In this document: one piece after another, positions 46,513 through 59,943 of the stretch
Numbering within the stretch: the stretch's first letter is position 1
How the letters are laid out: the number at the start of each line of letters is the position of its first letter
DNA from: Bacteroidia bacterium
GTDB lineage: Bacteria > Bacteroidota > Bacteroidia > NS11-12g > UBA9320
DNA: 64,000 nucleotides
Direction: 5' to 3'
NCBI GenBank assembly: GCA_017857855.1
Contig: JAFMCI010000003.1
Coordinates: 795-64,794, forward strand
Notes under the pieces: generated by a model
The model's database searches: none
Told to the model about the DNA's origin: nothing
Seen by the model: the letters and a program-made list of their open reading frames with translations, nothing else
Program-made: the position numbers and the translations under genes

Positions 46513-49371
46513 TTATTCCATTTCAGCGTATGCCGATATAGGAAGGCAGCTACAAACCAAGTTTCTGTCTCCGTAAGTATTATCTACTCTAGCTACACTT
46601 GGCCAAAATTTATTTTGCTTCGCATCTTCTGATGGATAGGCTGCTTTCTCTCTCGAATACGGTCTATTCCAGTCACTGCTAATTACTGACTCAGCTGTAT
46701 GCGGTGCATTTTTGAGGACATTATCCTCTTTGTCTGCACTTCCGTTTTCTATCTCAGCTATCTCTTTTCGAATACTTAAAAGAGCATCACAGAATCTATC
46801 TAGCTCTGCTTTACTTTCACTCTCAGTAGGTTCAATCATAAGCGTACCTGGTATCGGAAAGCTTACTGTAGGTGCATGGAAGCCATAATCAATAAGTCTC
46901 TTCGCAATATCTTCTACTTGTACGCCTGATGTAATTTTAAGAGGTCTTGGATCCACTACCATTTCGTGGGCAACCGTTCCATTTTGGCCTGTAAAAAGCA
47001 CATCATACCCTTCTGCTAATCTATGTTTCATATAATTTGCATTAAGAATGGCAGTTGCCGTAGCTTTTTTCAAACCTTCTGTACCCATCATTTTTATGTA
47101 AGCATAGCTTATCAGTAAGATACTTGCACTGCCAAAAGGAGCTGCACTTACTGCTCTCATAGCTTTATCCGAACTTATACCCTCTACAACAGAATGACCT
47201 GGCAAATAGGGAGCTAAGTGCTCTGCTACACCAATTGGGCCCATACCTGGACCACCACCACCGTGAGGTATACAAAATGTTTTATGTAAATTGAGGTGAC
47301 ACACGTCTGCTCCGATATTTGCAGGATTCGTATATCCTACTTGTGCATTCATATTAGCCCCATCCATATATACTTGACCACCAAATTCATGAATTACGGC
47401 TGTAATTGTTTTTATGGTTTCTTCGTAAACTCCATTGGTACTTGGATAGGTCACCATAGCTGCTGCTAAAATATCTTTATTCAACTCCGCTTTTTCGCGC
47501 AAATCATTCAGGTCAATGTAACCATTGGTGTGACATTTTACGATAACAATCTCCATACCCACCATAGCTGCACTCGCAGGATTAGTACCATGAGCAGATT
47601 CAGGGATTAATACTATTTTACGATGAGCCTGATTGGTATCTAGATAATATTGACGAATGGTCATTAATCCAGCATATTCACCTTGTGCTCCTGCATTTGG
47701 TTGAAGACTCACTTGATGGAATCCCGTAATTTCGGTTAAATCTCGCTCTAGTTCGTGAAGCATTTGGGTATAACCGTCTACTTGGTATCTAGGAGCAAAT
47801 GGGTGAATGTTCCCAAATGATTCCCATGTAACAGGAATCATTTCGGTGGTGGCATTTAGCTTCATTGTACAGCTTCCCAATGCGATCATAGAATGAGCTA
47901 GCGAAAGATCTTTATTCTCTAAGGATTTTAGATATCTCAACATTTCGTGCTCTGTATGGTAGGAGTTAAATACGGGATGAGTAAGATAATCTGAATTTCT
48001 AGATAAATGAAGATCCCACATGCTCGAAACCTGATCGGTAAATGATGCCTGAGCTCCACTTACGTTAGCAAGTAGATTTACTAAAGTCTGAATATCTTCT
48101 ATTTCTGTAGTTTCATCTAAACTAATTCCTACAAAATCAGTCGCATATCTTACATTGATATCATTCGCTTCTAATTCTACTTTTATTTGGGCTTGTAAGG
48201 CTGAATCTGCAACAATTGCTAAGGTGTCAAACGCACTATTATTTTTTAGTTCATATCCCAAAGTAACTAAATTGTTAGCCAGTATGCTGGTTAATTGATT
48301 TATTTTTTCAGCAATATGTTTAATTCGTTTGGGGCCATGATATGCAGCATACATACCAGCCATGATCGCAAGTAAAGCTTGAGCAGTACAAATATTACTA
48401 GTTGCTTTGTCACGCTTTATATGTTGCTCTCTAGTTTGTAATGCCATTCGCAATGCAGGATTACCATTAGCATCTTTTGATACCCCAATAATTCTTCCTG
48501 GCAAGCGTCGTTTATGCTCATCTTTGGTTGCAAAATAGGCGGCATGTGGACCACCATTTCCCATTGGAATACCAAAACGTTGTGTAGTACCTACCACCAC
48601 CTCAGCGCCCCATTCTCCAGGAGCTTTGAGTAAGGTTAAAGATAAAAGATCCGCAGCAACTATGGTTTTAACACCCGCTGCATTTGCACGAGCGGTCATA
48701 TCCTCGTAATCTTCTATAGCGCCCTCTCCATTAGGATACTGAACAAAAACAGCGAAGAATTCATTGGTAAACTCTACTTCAAATGGATTTCCTATAACCA
48801 CTTCAAGACCCAGAGGCTCCGCCCTAGTTTGTATAACGTCTATTGTTTGAGGAAAGGCTTTTTCTGAGACAAAAATCTTTTCGCCTTGCCCTTTAGGTCT
48901 TGCAGAGTGAAGCATAAACATAGCTTCTGCCGCAGCAGTCGCTTCATCAAGCAAACTTGCGTTAGCCATTTCCATGCCGGTTAAATCCATAACCATTGTT
49001 TGGAAATTTAATAACGCTTGTAATCTTCCTTGCGCTATCTCAGCTTGGTAAGGAGTGTACTGTGTGTACCACCCTGGATTTTCAAGTATATTTCTAAGAA
49101 TCACCTTTGGCGTATGGGTTCCATAATACCCCATACCAATGTAATTCTTAGCAACAATATTCTTATTACCTATGTGCTTTAACCTTTCTAACAGCTCTAC
49201 TTCTGTAAGCGGGAGATCCAGCTCTAGTTCTTTTTGTAACCTTATTTCATCAGGTATAGTTTGTGAAATAAGTTGCTCGATATCGTTGTAACCAAGCATT
49301 TGAAGCATCTCTTTTTCTTCTTGAGCAGAGATACTATTGTGTCTATCAGAAAAGCGTTCTTTATACATCAT
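46513..49371 (-). CDS. gcvP: glycine dehydrogenase (aminomethyl-transferring), single-chain P protein
   Basis: 952 aa. '[13 protein letters not shown]', PLP-lysine region '[18 protein letters not shown]'. Confidence 0.95.
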   Translation of the reverse strand: MMYKERFSDRHNSISAQEEKEMLQMLGYNDIEQLISQTIPDEIRLQKELELDLPLTEVELLERLKHIGNKNIVAKNYIGMGYYGTHTPKVILRNILENPGWYTQYTPYQAEIAQGRLQALLNFQTMVMDLTGMEMANASLLDEATAAAEAMFMLHSARPKGQGEKIFVSEKAFPQTIDVIQTRAEPLGLEVVIGNPFEVEFTNEFFAVFVQYPNGEGAIEDYEDMTARANAAGVKTIVAADLLSLTLLKAPGEWGAEVVVGTTQRFGIPMGNGGPHAAYFATKDEHKRRLPGRIIGVSKDANGNPALRMALQTREQHIKRDKATSNICTAQALLAIMAGMYAAYHGPKRIKHIAEKINQLTSILANNLVTLGYELKNNSAFDTLAIVADSALQAQIKVELEANDINVRYATDFVGISLDETTEIEDIQTLVNLLANVSGAQASFTDQVSSMWDLHLSRNSDYLTHPVFNSYHTEHEMLRYLKSLENKDLSLAHSMIALGSCTMKLNATTEMIPVTWESFGNIHPFAPRYQVDGYTQMLHELERDLTEITGFHQVSLQPNAGAQGEYAGLMTIRQYYLDTNQAHRKIVLIPESAHGTNPASAAMVGMEIVIVKCHTNGYIDLNDLREKAELNKDILAAAMVTYPSTNGVYEETIKTITAVIHEFGGQVYMDGANMNAQVGYTNPANIGADVCHLNLHKTFCIPHGGGGPGMGPIGVAEHLAPYLPGHSVVEGISSDKAMRAVSAAPFGSASILLISYAYIKMMGTEGLKKATATAILNANYMKHRLAEGYDVLFTGQNGTVAHEMVVDPRPLKITSGVQVEDIAKRLIDYGFHAPTVSFPIPGTLMIEPTESESKAELDRFCDALLSIRKEIAEIENGSADKEDNVLKNAPHTAESVISSDWNRPYSREKAAYPSEDAKQNKFWPSVARVDNTYGDRNLVCSCLPISAYAEME

Positions 49372-49511
49372 TTAAAATATGTGTGGCAAATGTAAATTTT
49401 ACCTAATCCTTAAACCGATATGTTAAATTTTAGTTTACAAAAAAGTTAATTTAGAATCGAAGTAATCTATAATTTATTTGTAGCCGAGAAACAGCGCGAA
49501 GTTCAAGCCAG

Positions 49512-50054
49512 TTAAAATGGACTTTCGAAATTACTAAAATCTTTAGCTATCTTATCTTTTTCTGATAAGATAGGAGAATTTATGCCCCAGTTTATTCCTA
49601 GAGAGGGTGAATTCCATAAAATACAACCTTCCGAGTCTTTATGATAATATTGGGTACACTTGTATGCAAAAATGGTATTATCTTCTAAAGTTAAAAAACC
49701 ATGTGCAAAACCGGGAGGAATGTAAAACATGGTATTATTCGAACCATTCAACTCTATTGCTACATGCTGACCATAGGTGATTGAATTGGAACGAATATCT
49801 ACTGCAACATCTAATACGGAACCTTGCAACACACGCACAAGCTTACCTTGCGCATGAGGCTCTTTTTGAAAATGAAGGCCACGTAAAATTCCTTTACTAC
49901 TTAGGGACTGATTATCTTGAATAAAATCCTCTGCAACACCATGCTCTTCAAAGATGTCTTTTCTGAAACTTTCAAAAAAATGACCTCTTTCATCACCAAA
50001 TACCTTTGGTGTAATCACGAGCAGACCGTCTATGCGTGTTTTCTCTATTTTCAA
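49512..50054 (-). CDS. rfbC: dTDP-4-dehydrorhamnose 3,5-epimerase
   Basis: 'FGDERGHFFE', 'LRGLHFQ', 'GFAHGF'. TTG start. Confidence 0.9.
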   Translation of the reverse strand: MKIEKTRIDGLLVITPKVFGDERGHFFESFRKDIFEEHGVAEDFIQDNQSLSSKGILRGLHFQKEPHAQGKLVRVLQGSVLDVAVDIRSNSITYGQHVAIELNGSNNTMFYIPPGFAHGFLTLEDNTIFAYKCTQYYHKDSEGCILWNSPSLGINWGINSPILSEKDKIAKDFSNFESPF

Positions 50055-50173
50055 AATACTCCTGCAATACTATAAAAACTTAGCTAGCTGTGAAAAAAAT
50101 GTTTCCAAAAATGCGACCCTTACTGAATAAAAAAAGGCGATTTTTGAGCACTTAAAAGAGCTTAACTTAATTA

Positions 50174-52447
50174 ATGATTAATTCTGATGCCCCATACTTA
50201 GACTCGCTTAATCCAGAACAAAAGGCTGCCGTCTTGCAAACCACGGGCCCTGTAATGATAATTGCGGGTGCTGGCTCTGGTAAAACGAGGGTATTAACTT
50301 ACCGCATAGCTCATCTTATTGCTACAGGGATAGATGCATTTAATATACTATCGTTAACCTTCACCAATAAAGCAGCTAAAGAAATGAGGCACAGAATAGA
50401 GAGCGTAGTGGGAGCTGATGCTCGAAATATATGGATGGGGACATTTCACTCTGTATTTGCCAAAATACTCCGAATGGAAGCAGACAAAATAGGCTATCCC
50501 AAAAACTTCACAATATACGACTCTGACGACAGTAAGAGTTTGATAAAAACCATTGTAAAAGAGATGAATTTGGACGAGAAAATATACAAACCAAATTACG
50601 TACTTTCTCGTATTAGCAATGCCAAAAATAACCTTATTCAAGCGCATGTATATCAAAAACAAGCGGACTTAATTGCTTATGATGAAACTACAGGGAGAGG
50701 CAAAATTTCAGAAATATATGGTGAGTACGCCAAACGTTGTTTTAAATCTGGCGCAATGGATTTTGATGACCTTTTGCTCAATACTTTCAAGCTACTCAAT
50801 AACTTTCCCGAAGTACTGAACAAGTACCAACATAAGTTTAAATATGTGATGGTAGATGAGTACCAAGATACCAATCACTGTCAATATATGATTGTTAAAA
50901 AACTTGCCTCTGTATTTGAAAATATTTGCGTAGTAGGCGATGATGCACAGAGTATATATTCATTTAGAGGTGCTACAATTAAAAATATTCTCAACTTTGA
51001 GAAAGATTACCCTGATCTTAAAGTTTTTAAACTAGAGCAAAATTATCGGTCAAGCGAGACCATAGTAAGTGCTGCAAATAGTGTAATTGCCAAAAATAAA
51101 GATCAGCTAGAAAAAAAAGTATGGACTAGTAATCAATTGGGTAGCAAGATAAAAATTATTCGTGCCGTAACGGATAATGAAGAGGGAAAGTTAATTGCTC
51201 AAAATATTTTTGAGACTAAAATGACTGAGCAGAAAAATAACAGTGATTTTGCTATACTTTACCGCACCAATTCACAGTCAAGGAGTTTGGAAGAAGCCCT
51301 GCGAAAGTTAAACATTCCTTACAGGATTTATGGAGGCATGAGTTTTTATCAGCGTAAGGAGATAAAAGATATTATTGCCTATCTCAGATTGGTCATAAAT
51401 CACAATGACGAAGAAGCCTTAAAACGTATTATTAACTACCCCGCCCGTGGAATTGGCAAAACCACTATGGACAGAGTAGGCATGTTGGCAATTCAAGAGG
51501 ATAAGAGTTATTGGGAAATTATTTTTAACGCAAATTATTACTCGGACTTAAAATCTGCCATTCCAAAATTCAGAGACTTTGTTAATATGATGCAAAGTTT
51601 TGTCACCTTGAACGATTCGAAAAACGCCTATGACATGGCCATGCACGTTTCACGAACCACAAACTTGCTTAAATCCCTGAACGAAGATAAAACGATAGAA
51701 GGTATTAGTAAATACGAGAATGTGGTAGAACTGCTTAACGGCATCAAAGAATTTGTAGAAGATGATACTAACGAATCTGAAAAGAATTTAGGTAGTTATT
51801 TGCAAGACATCGCTTTATTAACCGATTCTGATAAGAATATAGATGATGTTGATACGGTCTCATTGATGACTATTCATCAATCAAAAGGGCTAGAGTACAA
51901 AAAGGTTTTTGTTTCCGGATTAGAAGAAAACTTATTCCCATCACAAATGTCGCTTGGCAGCAGATCTGATTTAGAGGAAGAAAGACGACTTTTTTATGTT
52001 GCCATTACTCGAGCCGAAGAAGATTTAGTACTTTCATTTGCGACTTCAAGATTTAAATTTGGCACACTACTGCCTTGCGAACCAAGTAGATTTATTGATG
52101 AAATAGATAGCTCCTATTTAGAATTAGACCGAAGGCTAATGACGTCTAAAAAACAAACTATAGGGATAGACCGAGAATCCGACACCAATCCGCCGGTAAG
52201 TTCTTTACGTAGAACTATTGCGAAACAAAATCAGCCAATAATTAACAGACCTCCGGCTATTACCGACTTTGTTGCTGAAGACCTTAAAGATATATCTGTA
52301 GGGATGTGTGTTGAACACCAGCGTTTCGGAAAAGGAACTGTAACCACCCTAGAAGGAAACATTGGAAGTGAGAAAGCTACCATAAACTTTGAAGAATTTG
52401 GAGAAAAAACATTGGTATTAAAATTCGCCAAGCTGCGTAGGAGTTAA
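50174..52447 (+). CDS. ATP-dependent DNA helicase, UvrD/PcrA/Rep family
   Basis: 'AGAGSGKT', 'VDEYQDTN', 'TIHQSKGLEY', 'LFYVAITRA'. Confidence 0.9.
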   Translation: MINSDAPYLDSLNPEQKAAVLQTTGPVMIIAGAGSGKTRVLTYRIAHLIATGIDAFNILSLTFTNKAAKEMRHRIESVVGADARNIWMGTFHSVFAKILRMEADKIGYPKNFTIYDSDDSKSLIKTIVKEMNLDEKIYKPNYVLSRISNAKNNLIQAHVYQKQADLIAYDETTGRGKISEIYGEYAKRCFKSGAMDFDDLLLNTFKLLNNFPEVLNKYQHKFKYVMVDEYQDTNHCQYMIVKKLASVFENICVVGDDAQSIYSFRGATIKNILNFEKDYPDLKVFKLEQNYRSSETIVSAANSVIAKNKDQLEKKVWTSNQLGSKIKIIRAVTDNEEGKLIAQNIFETKMTEQKNNSDFAILYRTNSQSRSLEEALRKLNIPYRIYGGMSFYQRKEIKDIIAYLRLVINHNDEEALKRIINYPARGIGKTTMDRVGMLAIQEDKSYWEIIFNANYYSDLKSAIPKFRDFVNMMQSFVTLNDSKNAYDMAMHVSRTTNLLKSLNEDKTIEGISKYENVVELLNGIKEFVEDDTNESEKNLGSYLQDIALLTDSDKNIDDVDTVSLMTIHQSKGLEYKKVFVSGLEENLFPSQMSLGSRSDLEEERRLFYVAITRAEEDLVLSFATSRFKFGTLLPCEPSRFIDEIDSSYLELDRRLMTSKKQTIGIDRESDTNPPVSSLRRTIAKQNQPIINRPPAITDFVAEDLKDISVGMCVEHQRFGKGTVTTLEGNIGSEKATINFEEFGEKTLVLKFAKLRRS

Positions 52448-52549
52448 TTTCAAATTTAACTGGCAATTCACCAAGCGCAAAAAATAAATATGCTGATTTT
52501 GCATACATTTGTTTCACTAATATAAAATCTAAAGCAGGAAACGTAAGCC

Positions 52550-54442
52550 ATGATAAGATCGATCAAACTAGTAACCAGAAACAATACTCCTAGATGGGTA
52601 GTATTAATTATCGACTTAATAATTTCGGGGATGTCATTTGGTTTTGCGTGTATCCTTACCGAAGTATTTATTAAATCTTTAGAACTTCAACTTTTTAATT
52701 TTTTACGACCGCTACTTATTATTCTTTTTGTTAGGCTCATTGCATTTCGGATTACTCGCTCCTATACAGGCATCGTAAGATACACCAGCACACAAGATGC
52801 CGTTAGAATATTTTTGGCCATCGCGTTAAGTACAGCTATTCTGCTTACGGGAGAGCTTATTTTTGAGTTTAACTCCATACATACTTTCATAAATCCTGCG
52901 GTCATCATAATAGATAGTTTGATTTCCATTTCTGCTTTAACCGGATTTAGAATTGTATTTAAATTGCTGTATAATGAGTATGCACCTTTCAAATCCGGAG
53001 ATAGCACAGAATTAATTATCTATGGTGCTGGGGAAGCTGGGATAATTGTTAAGCGATCTGTTGAAAGAAACGTGAAGTTAGGAAAAAAAGTAGTTGCATT
53101 TTTGGATGATAATAAGCAATTGCACGGAAAAACAGTAGAGGGCGTCAAAATTTATTCTCCAGATATAGATTTTAATCAAATCCTTAAAAACCCGTCTAAC
53201 GCAGAGCTAGTTATATCCTTAAACCAATTGAGCGCTGTTCGTAAAACAAGTATAATTGAGCGTTGCCTACAAAATAAGATGCTCGTTAAAACTATTCCTC
53301 CCGTTAATGCATGGATTAATGGAGAATTTAACCTCCAAAGCATTAAAGCTGTTAGAATTGAAGATTTGTTAGAGCGAGAGCCTATCAAACTCAGAAAGAA
53401 CAAAATAAGCAAAGAATTAAAAGATCAAGTAATCTTAATTACAGGGGCGGCGGGATCTATTGGAAGCGAGATCGTAAGACAATGCCTTTCTTTTGACCCA
53501 AAACTCGTTGTACTTGTCGACCAAGGTGAAACACCACTTTACGAAATAGAAAATGAACTATCCAGGGCTAATATAGCGATAGTAGTAGCAGACGTAAGAA
53601 ATGTTTCCAGAATGGAGAAAATATTTCAGCATTTTAAACCATCCTATGTTTTTCACGCTGCCGCCTATAAGCATGTTCCTTTGATGGAAGACAACCCTTA
53701 TGAAGCCATAAATACCAATGTTTTTGGCACGCAAAACGTAGCCAATCTAGCTGCTAAATACCAAGTTAAGAAATTTGTATTTGTAAGCACCGATAAAGCA
53801 GTAAACCCTACCAATATAATGGGTGCATCTAAGCGTATTGCAGAAATTTATGTACAATCACTCAATGCTAAATTAAGTCTAGAGTCTGATCATCACACTA
53901 TGTACATTACTACTAGATTCGGTAATGTATTAGGAAGTAATGGCTCCGTTATTCCACTATTTAGAAAACAAATTGCTGAAGGTGGACCACTAACCGTTAC
54001 TCATCCAGATATCACACGCTATTTTATGACTATACCCGAAGCATGTCAACTGGTGCTGGAGGCTGGTGTTATGGGACAAGGAGGTGAGATATACATATTT
54101 GATATGGGCGAGTCTGTTAAAATAATAGATCTTGCTCACAAAATGATAAAGCTCTCCGGTTTTGAAGTAGACAAAGACATCAAGATTACCTTTACTGGGC
54201 TTAGACCAGGTGAGAAACTAAGAGAGGAGTTATTAAATGATAATGAGAATACTATCGGTACCCACAATCCCAAAATAATGGTAGCAAGAGTGCCAGAGTA
54301 TAACTATTTAGAGGTAAATAGCCTAATTACCGAACTATATGAGCACAAAGATTCATTGCAAAATGAAATATTAGTCAAGACGATGAAAAAAATTGTTCCT
54401 GAGTATATCAGCAATAATTCTATCTATGAAAAACTAGACTAG
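52550..54442 (+). CDS. membrane-anchored polysaccharide biosynthesis protein (CapD/WbpM/PglF-like NDP-sugar 4,6-dehydratase)
   Basis: Four N-terminal TM helices. 'ITGAAGSIGSE' Rossmann motif, 'AAAYKHVPLME', 'STDKAVNP'. Confidence 0.85.
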   Translation: MIRSIKLVTRNNTPRWVVLIIDLIISGMSFGFACILTEVFIKSLELQLFNFLRPLLIILFVRLIAFRITRSYTGIVRYTSTQDAVRIFLAIALSTAILLTGELIFEFNSIHTFINPAVIIIDSLISISALTGFRIVFKLLYNEYAPFKSGDSTELIIYGAGEAGIIVKRSVERNVKLGKKVVAFLDDNKQLHGKTVEGVKIYSPDIDFNQILKNPSNAELVISLNQLSAVRKTSIIERCLQNKMLVKTIPPVNAWINGEFNLQSIKAVRIEDLLEREPIKLRKNKISKELKDQVILITGAAGSIGSEIVRQCLSFDPKLVVLVDQGETPLYEIENELSRANIAIVVADVRNVSRMEKIFQHFKPSYVFHAAAYKHVPLMEDNPYEAINTNVFGTQNVANLAAKYQVKKFVFVSTDKAVNPTNIMGASKRIAEIYVQSLNAKLSLESDHHTMYITTRFGNVLGSNGSVIPLFRKQIAEGGPLTVTHPDITRYFMTIPEACQLVLEAGVMGQGGEIYIFDMGESVKIIDLAHKMIKLSGFEVDKDIKITFTGLRPGEKLREELLNDNENTIGTHNPKIMVARVPEYNYLEVNSLITELYEHKDSLQNEILVKTMKKIVPEYISNNSIYEKLD

Positions 54443-54472
54443 ACAGCTAAAGATGGTCGTCCATTACTAGAC

Positions 54473-54943
54473 TTATTTATCCACTGGTTTCCAATCACTT
54501 TGTTCTTGGAGCAATTCAAGCCTATTTCCTAATAACCTTAATTCCTGTGGTGCATTAACTGTATTGTATTGCACAGTTATTGTATCTTTAGCATTCATAG
54601 AGAAGCGGATAATAGTAGAAGGAAGATCAAGATATTGGTTCATATAAGAACTATCGTAGCTATCCCAATCGCAGACTTTAGCATGTCTGAATAATGAGCT
54701 TACTGAATCTGCTTTTAGAGTAGCATAAAAAAAACCAACCTCATCCATAAAATCTCCGGCCCTAAGCAAGGCTATTCCATCTCCATCAATAGACATAGTA
54801 TAAATGGGACATGTGCCATAGCAGGGTGTTTTCTCAATGGAAATAAAGTCCTTGGAAAAGATGTTTTTACTAATATTTCTGCCTGAATGACACGAAATAA
54901 AAAACGCTGCAAATAGCAGCGTTAGAATCATTTTATTTTTCAT
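54473..54943 (-). CDS. hypothetical lipoprotein (possibly DUF6438-like)
   Basis: Lipobox 'FFISC'. 'CYGTCPIY' motif recalled from DUF6438. Unverified. Confidence 0.45.
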   Translation of the reverse strand: MKNKMILTLLFAAFFISCHSGRNISKNIFSKDFISIEKTPCYGTCPIYTMSIDGDGIALLRAGDFMDEVGFFYATLKADSVSSLFRHAKVCDWDSYDSSYMNQYLDLPSTIIRFSMNAKDTITVQYNTVNAPQELRLLGNRLELLQEQSDWKPVDK

Positions 54944-54948
54944 ATTGC

Positions 54949-55605
54949 TTATCTTAAGTCGATTTCAATAACGCCAGGTTTTTCTTTTGGATTGAACTTA
55001 AAATAAGCATCATTTATGGCCACATTAGGTTCAAATTTCTGGATATCATAAGTAGTTACCATACCATTCTTTGAGTATACAGACATTTCCTTAACTTTAT
55101 TAGCCATTTTATCAATGCCTAACTTCACTTTGAAATATCCTTTGGTTTTGTCTATAGGAGTAAGTTCTACTACATCAATTTTTTGCGAACCTCTGGTGAC
55201 CTGACCACTATATTTATGTATAAATCCCTTTTCATAAATGGTAAAAATTTCCGAAGGATTTATATCCATTGTTTTGGGATCAAATTTTGAAATTTGCACT
55301 TCATTAGCCCCTTCTAAGTAGGTCCATATGGTCTTACCATCACAATATATTTCTTGACCTGACATTGTAATTCTAAACTTCTTTGCCTTTTGATAAAGAA
55401 TTCCGCTCTGCTTAACACCTACATCTGTTTGTTTATTCTTTACATCTATGGTAAAAGTTGCCTTTACAGATTTATAGGTCTTGTAGGTCTTGCTCAGTTT
55501 ACTTAGTAGAGCACTGCTTTGATTATCTTGAGCACTCGAAATTGATGTCGCCGGGTTGATAAGCATTAAACTTAAAACCGACAGGAGTAACATTACTTTT
55601 TTCAT
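54949..55605 (-). CDS. lolA: outer-membrane lipoprotein carrier protein LolA
   Basis: Signal peptide and ~215 aa of LolA-like beta-sheet sequence. Conserved ftsK-lolA adjacency. Confidence 0.72.
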   Translation of the reverse strand: MKKVMLLLSVLSLMLINPATSISSAQDNQSSALLSKLSKTYKTYKSVKATFTIDVKNKQTDVGVKQSGILYQKAKKFRITMSGQEIYCDGKTIWTYLEGANEVQISKFDPKTMDINPSEIFTIYEKGFIHKYSGQVTRGSQKIDVVELTPIDKTKGYFKVKLGIDKMANKVKEMSVYSKNGMVTTYDIQKFEPNVAINDAYFKFNPKEKPGVIEIDLR

Positions 55606-55619
55606 TTATTGTTTTATTA

Positions 55620-58058
55620 TTAATGCAGATTGTTCAAGAATTGTTCCAAAGCGTATTCGTCTGGAATTAAAACTTGCCTGGCTTTGCTTCCCTCGAAAGG
55701 GCCTACAATATTAGTTGCTTCTAATTGATCTATCAAGCGTCCCGCTCTATTATATCCTACTTTTAATCGTCTCTGAATTAAGCTAGTGCTTCCTTGCTGG
55801 TGCTGTACTACAATTCTAGCAGCGTCCTCAAAAAGATCATCTTTATCGTTTGGATCGAAACTAGCTATTTCACCGTCAGAATCTTCACGTACTTCCGGAA
55901 GCATATGAGCACTTGGGTATCCTCTCTGATTTCCTATAAACGCTGTTATTGTATCTACTTCTGGGGTGTCCACGAATGGACATTGCAACCTAATTAATTC
56001 ACTTCCGGTGGAATAAAGCATATCTCCTTTTCCTATTAACTGATCAGCTCCATTGCCGTCTAATATAGTACGGGAATCTATTTTACTTGACACCCTAAAT
56101 GCTACACGAGCAGGGAAGTTTGCCTTGATTGTTCCAGTGATTATATTTACTGACGGACGTTGGGTTGCTAATATTAAGTGGATACCAATTGCACGAGCTA
56201 ACTGAGCAATACGTCCTATGGGATGTTCCACTTCTTTTCCTGCCGTCATAATAAGATCCGCAACCTCATCTATTATAACCACAATATAAGGTAAAAATTT
56301 ATGTCCCTCTTCTGGATTTAACTTACGTTTTATAAACTTATCATTATACTCCTTGATATTACGAACCATAGCTGATTGCAGTAAAGCATAACGTTCGTCC
56401 ATCTCGATACATAAAGAATTAAGTGTATTGATGACTTGTTTATTATCCGTAATAATAGCTTCACTATCTCCAGGCAGTTTCGCTAAATAATGTCTTTCTA
56501 TAGTTTGATATAACGTTAATTCAACTTTTTTAGGATCAACCATGACAAACTTTAACTCAGAAGGATGTTTTCTGTACAGAAGCGAAATGATTATTGCATT
56601 TAACCCTACGGACTTTCCTTGACCCGTTGCCCCTGCCATAAGTAAATGAGGCATTTTGGCTAAATCTGCGACAAAGACTTCATTAGATATAGTCTTACCT
56701 AAGCAAACAGGCAAGGCCGCATCACTATTTTGATATTTTGCACTATTAATTACAGAATGCATACTTACGATCTCAGGTTTTTTATTCGGCACTTCAATAC
56801 CAATAGTTCCTTTTCCTGGAATTGGCGCTATTATTCTTATGCCCAGTGCAGCTAAACTAAGTGCTATATCATCTTCAAGATTTTTTATCTTGGAGATACG
56901 CACTCCTTTTTCTGGCACTATTTCAAAAAGTGTAACCGTAGGACCAATGGTAGCTTTAATAGATGCAATACCAATTTTGTAGTTACTCAGCGTCTCTACA
57001 ATCATATTCTTGCTTTTCTCTAGCTCATCTTTGCTTACCTCCGTTTTACCACTTTCGCCGTATTGATTCAGAAACGATATTTCTGGAAAGATAAAATCAC
57101 GTAAATCAAGTCTTGGATCAAACGGTTCATCAATACCATAGTGCTCCTTGTGTTTTACTTTACCTACTTTTTCCTCCTCCGGTGCAGACTCAATTACTAA
57201 CTCCAGTTCTTCATGATCGCTTTCAACTGCTGCAGGCATAGCGTTAGCTATAACTGTCGGCTCATCATCTGGCTCATATGTTTCCACAGTCAGTTCTAAA
57301 TCATTATTCTCCGGAAGTCCTTCATCGTCATCATTCGTATCCTCTTCTGTAAATCCGATCTTATCTTTTTCAAAAAGTGAATCTTCGCTTCCAAAAGCAG
57401 GTTTGCCATTTTGAGTAGCCTCATTTGAAGAGTCGAAATTCCCATCCACTTTCTGCATCTTCCTATTCTTAATACTTTCAAGAACATCGATACTAAAGGC
57501 AACATATAAAAAGAATATCGTTGCTGAACCAAGAACCAGAATCATTCCTATAGTCCCAATCCATGATTTAGAAAAGACAAATACACCGTATCCTAGCAAT
57601 CCACTTAACAAAGGAAACGACTTAGAAAAAAGGAGTGCCAAAACAAGAGAAACCCATATAGCAGTTACCATCAGTTTACTAACTATAGTAAAAGGTACTG
57701 CCCATTTATTGCTGAAATAGAGATTATATCCAAGGATTCCGAATATGGGATATAAGAAAAAAGCGCCAATACCAAAACCATTATAGATAAAAAAGTGAGC
57801 AGCGAGAGCGCCCAACTTACCCATAATATTAGCTGGGATATTGTCCTTAATATCGAATGCAAATTCTGAAATTCCTGAGTTTAATATACTCTGATCAGCG
57901 CGCCAAGAGCTTAAATAGCTCAATGATGCGACACTTATAAACACCGTAAAAACAAGTAATAAAACTCCTATCACCTTATTTCTAAGCGTATTATCTTTAG
58001 AAGTATCAGGCTTACTTTTTTCCTTTTCTTTTTTTGTTTTTATACCGAACAATGCCAT
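55620..58058 (-). CDS. ftsK: DNA translocase FtsK
   Basis: N-terminal TM helices, acidic linker, 'GATGQGKSVG', 'VVIIDEVADL', and a C-terminal gamma domain 'SLIQRRLKVGYNRAGRLIDQLE'. Confidence 0.95.
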   Translation of the reverse strand: MALFGIKTKKEKEKSKPDTSKDNTLRNKVIGVLLLVFTVFISVASLSYLSSWRADQSILNSGISEFAFDIKDNIPANIMGKLGALAAHFFIYNGFGIGAFFLYPIFGILGYNLYFSNKWAVPFTIVSKLMVTAIWVSLVLALLFSKSFPLLSGLLGYGVFVFSKSWIGTIGMILVLGSATIFFLYVAFSIDVLESIKNRKMQKVDGNFDSSNEATQNGKPAFGSEDSLFEKDKIGFTEEDTNDDDEGLPENNDLELTVETYEPDDEPTVIANAMPAAVESDHEELELVIESAPEEEKVGKVKHKEHYGIDEPFDPRLDLRDFIFPEISFLNQYGESGKTEVSKDELEKSKNMIVETLSNYKIGIASIKATIGPTVTLFEIVPEKGVRISKIKNLEDDIALSLAALGIRIIAPIPGKGTIGIEVPNKKPEIVSMHSVINSAKYQNSDAALPVCLGKTISNEVFVADLAKMPHLLMAGATGQGKSVGLNAIIISLLYRKHPSELKFVMVDPKKVELTLYQTIERHYLAKLPGDSEAIITDNKQVINTLNSLCIEMDERYALLQSAMVRNIKEYNDKFIKRKLNPEEGHKFLPYIVVIIDEVADLIMTAGKEVEHPIGRIAQLARAIGIHLILATQRPSVNIITGTIKANFPARVAFRVSSKIDSRTILDGNGADQLIGKGDMLYSTGSELIRLQCPFVDTPEVDTITAFIGNQRGYPSAHMLPEVREDSDGEIASFDPNDKDDLFEDAARIVVQHQQGSTSLIQRRLKVGYNRAGRLIDQLEATNIVGPFEGSKARQVLIPDEYALEQFLNNLH

Positions 58059-58240
58059 TGTGTTTAAAGTTTCGAAAATAAAACAATGATAAAGAATGTC
58101 GATTAGCTTTTGTGAACAGTGCCTCTCGAGTGTACTATAAAATATAAACTAATACATTCAAGCTGTTTCGCATCAAAACTATATCACTATTTAAGCTGAT
58201 TTTAAAGGTAGATGTAACTTGAAATTACACCGAACAAAAA

Positions 58241-58270
58241 ACGCAAGATTACACATCTGTAATCTTGCGT
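58241..58270 (-). terminator. rho-independent terminator after eno
   Basis: Perfect 13-bp stem acgcaagattaca / tgtaatcttgcgt with a 4-nt loop. T-run on the minus strand (plus-strand A-run 58236-58240). Confidence 0.75.
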
Positions 58271-58338
58271 CTATCAAAAGTTAAGTATTTACAAAACGTT
58301 AGTTTTGAGTGGCTTGAAGCTTGCCAGGAGCTAAACCC

Positions 58339-59655
<1,317 letters not shown>

Positions 59656-59943
59656 TCAATTTTTACCTTAATACTTGTTACAATCTTACTCTTTCGAGAT
59701 ACAATGATAGTGAATTTAGTATTTTTCTCTGCTCATTTGAATCGATTTGTCTTTACCTAAACAGAAACCACTATTTGGGTGGCGAAATAATTAAAATAAA
59801 GTAAATTACCAGCCATTTAAATAGTATAATTCAATTTAAAAGCCATTTTGTTTAAAGTAAAATGACCTATTGAGCGATATGGCTAATTGTTCGATATTTA
59901 CACGATATATCTACGTTTTTTTTACAAGCGTAGATCAATTATT

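Noticed and set aside
49372-49511. Possible glycine riboswitch in the gcvP 5' leader.
   Set aside because: The reverse complement of the 140-nt leader lacks the conserved glycine-aptamer elements (GGAGAG..., CACCG, CUCAGGC-type segments). It is plain AT-rich spacer that must also hold the rfbC 3' end.
59909-59935. Hairpin atctacg-N13-cgtagat just downstream of carA as its terminator.
   Set aside because: It has only a 7-bp stem with a 13-nt A-rich loop and no trailing U-run on the minus strand. That is too weak to call.
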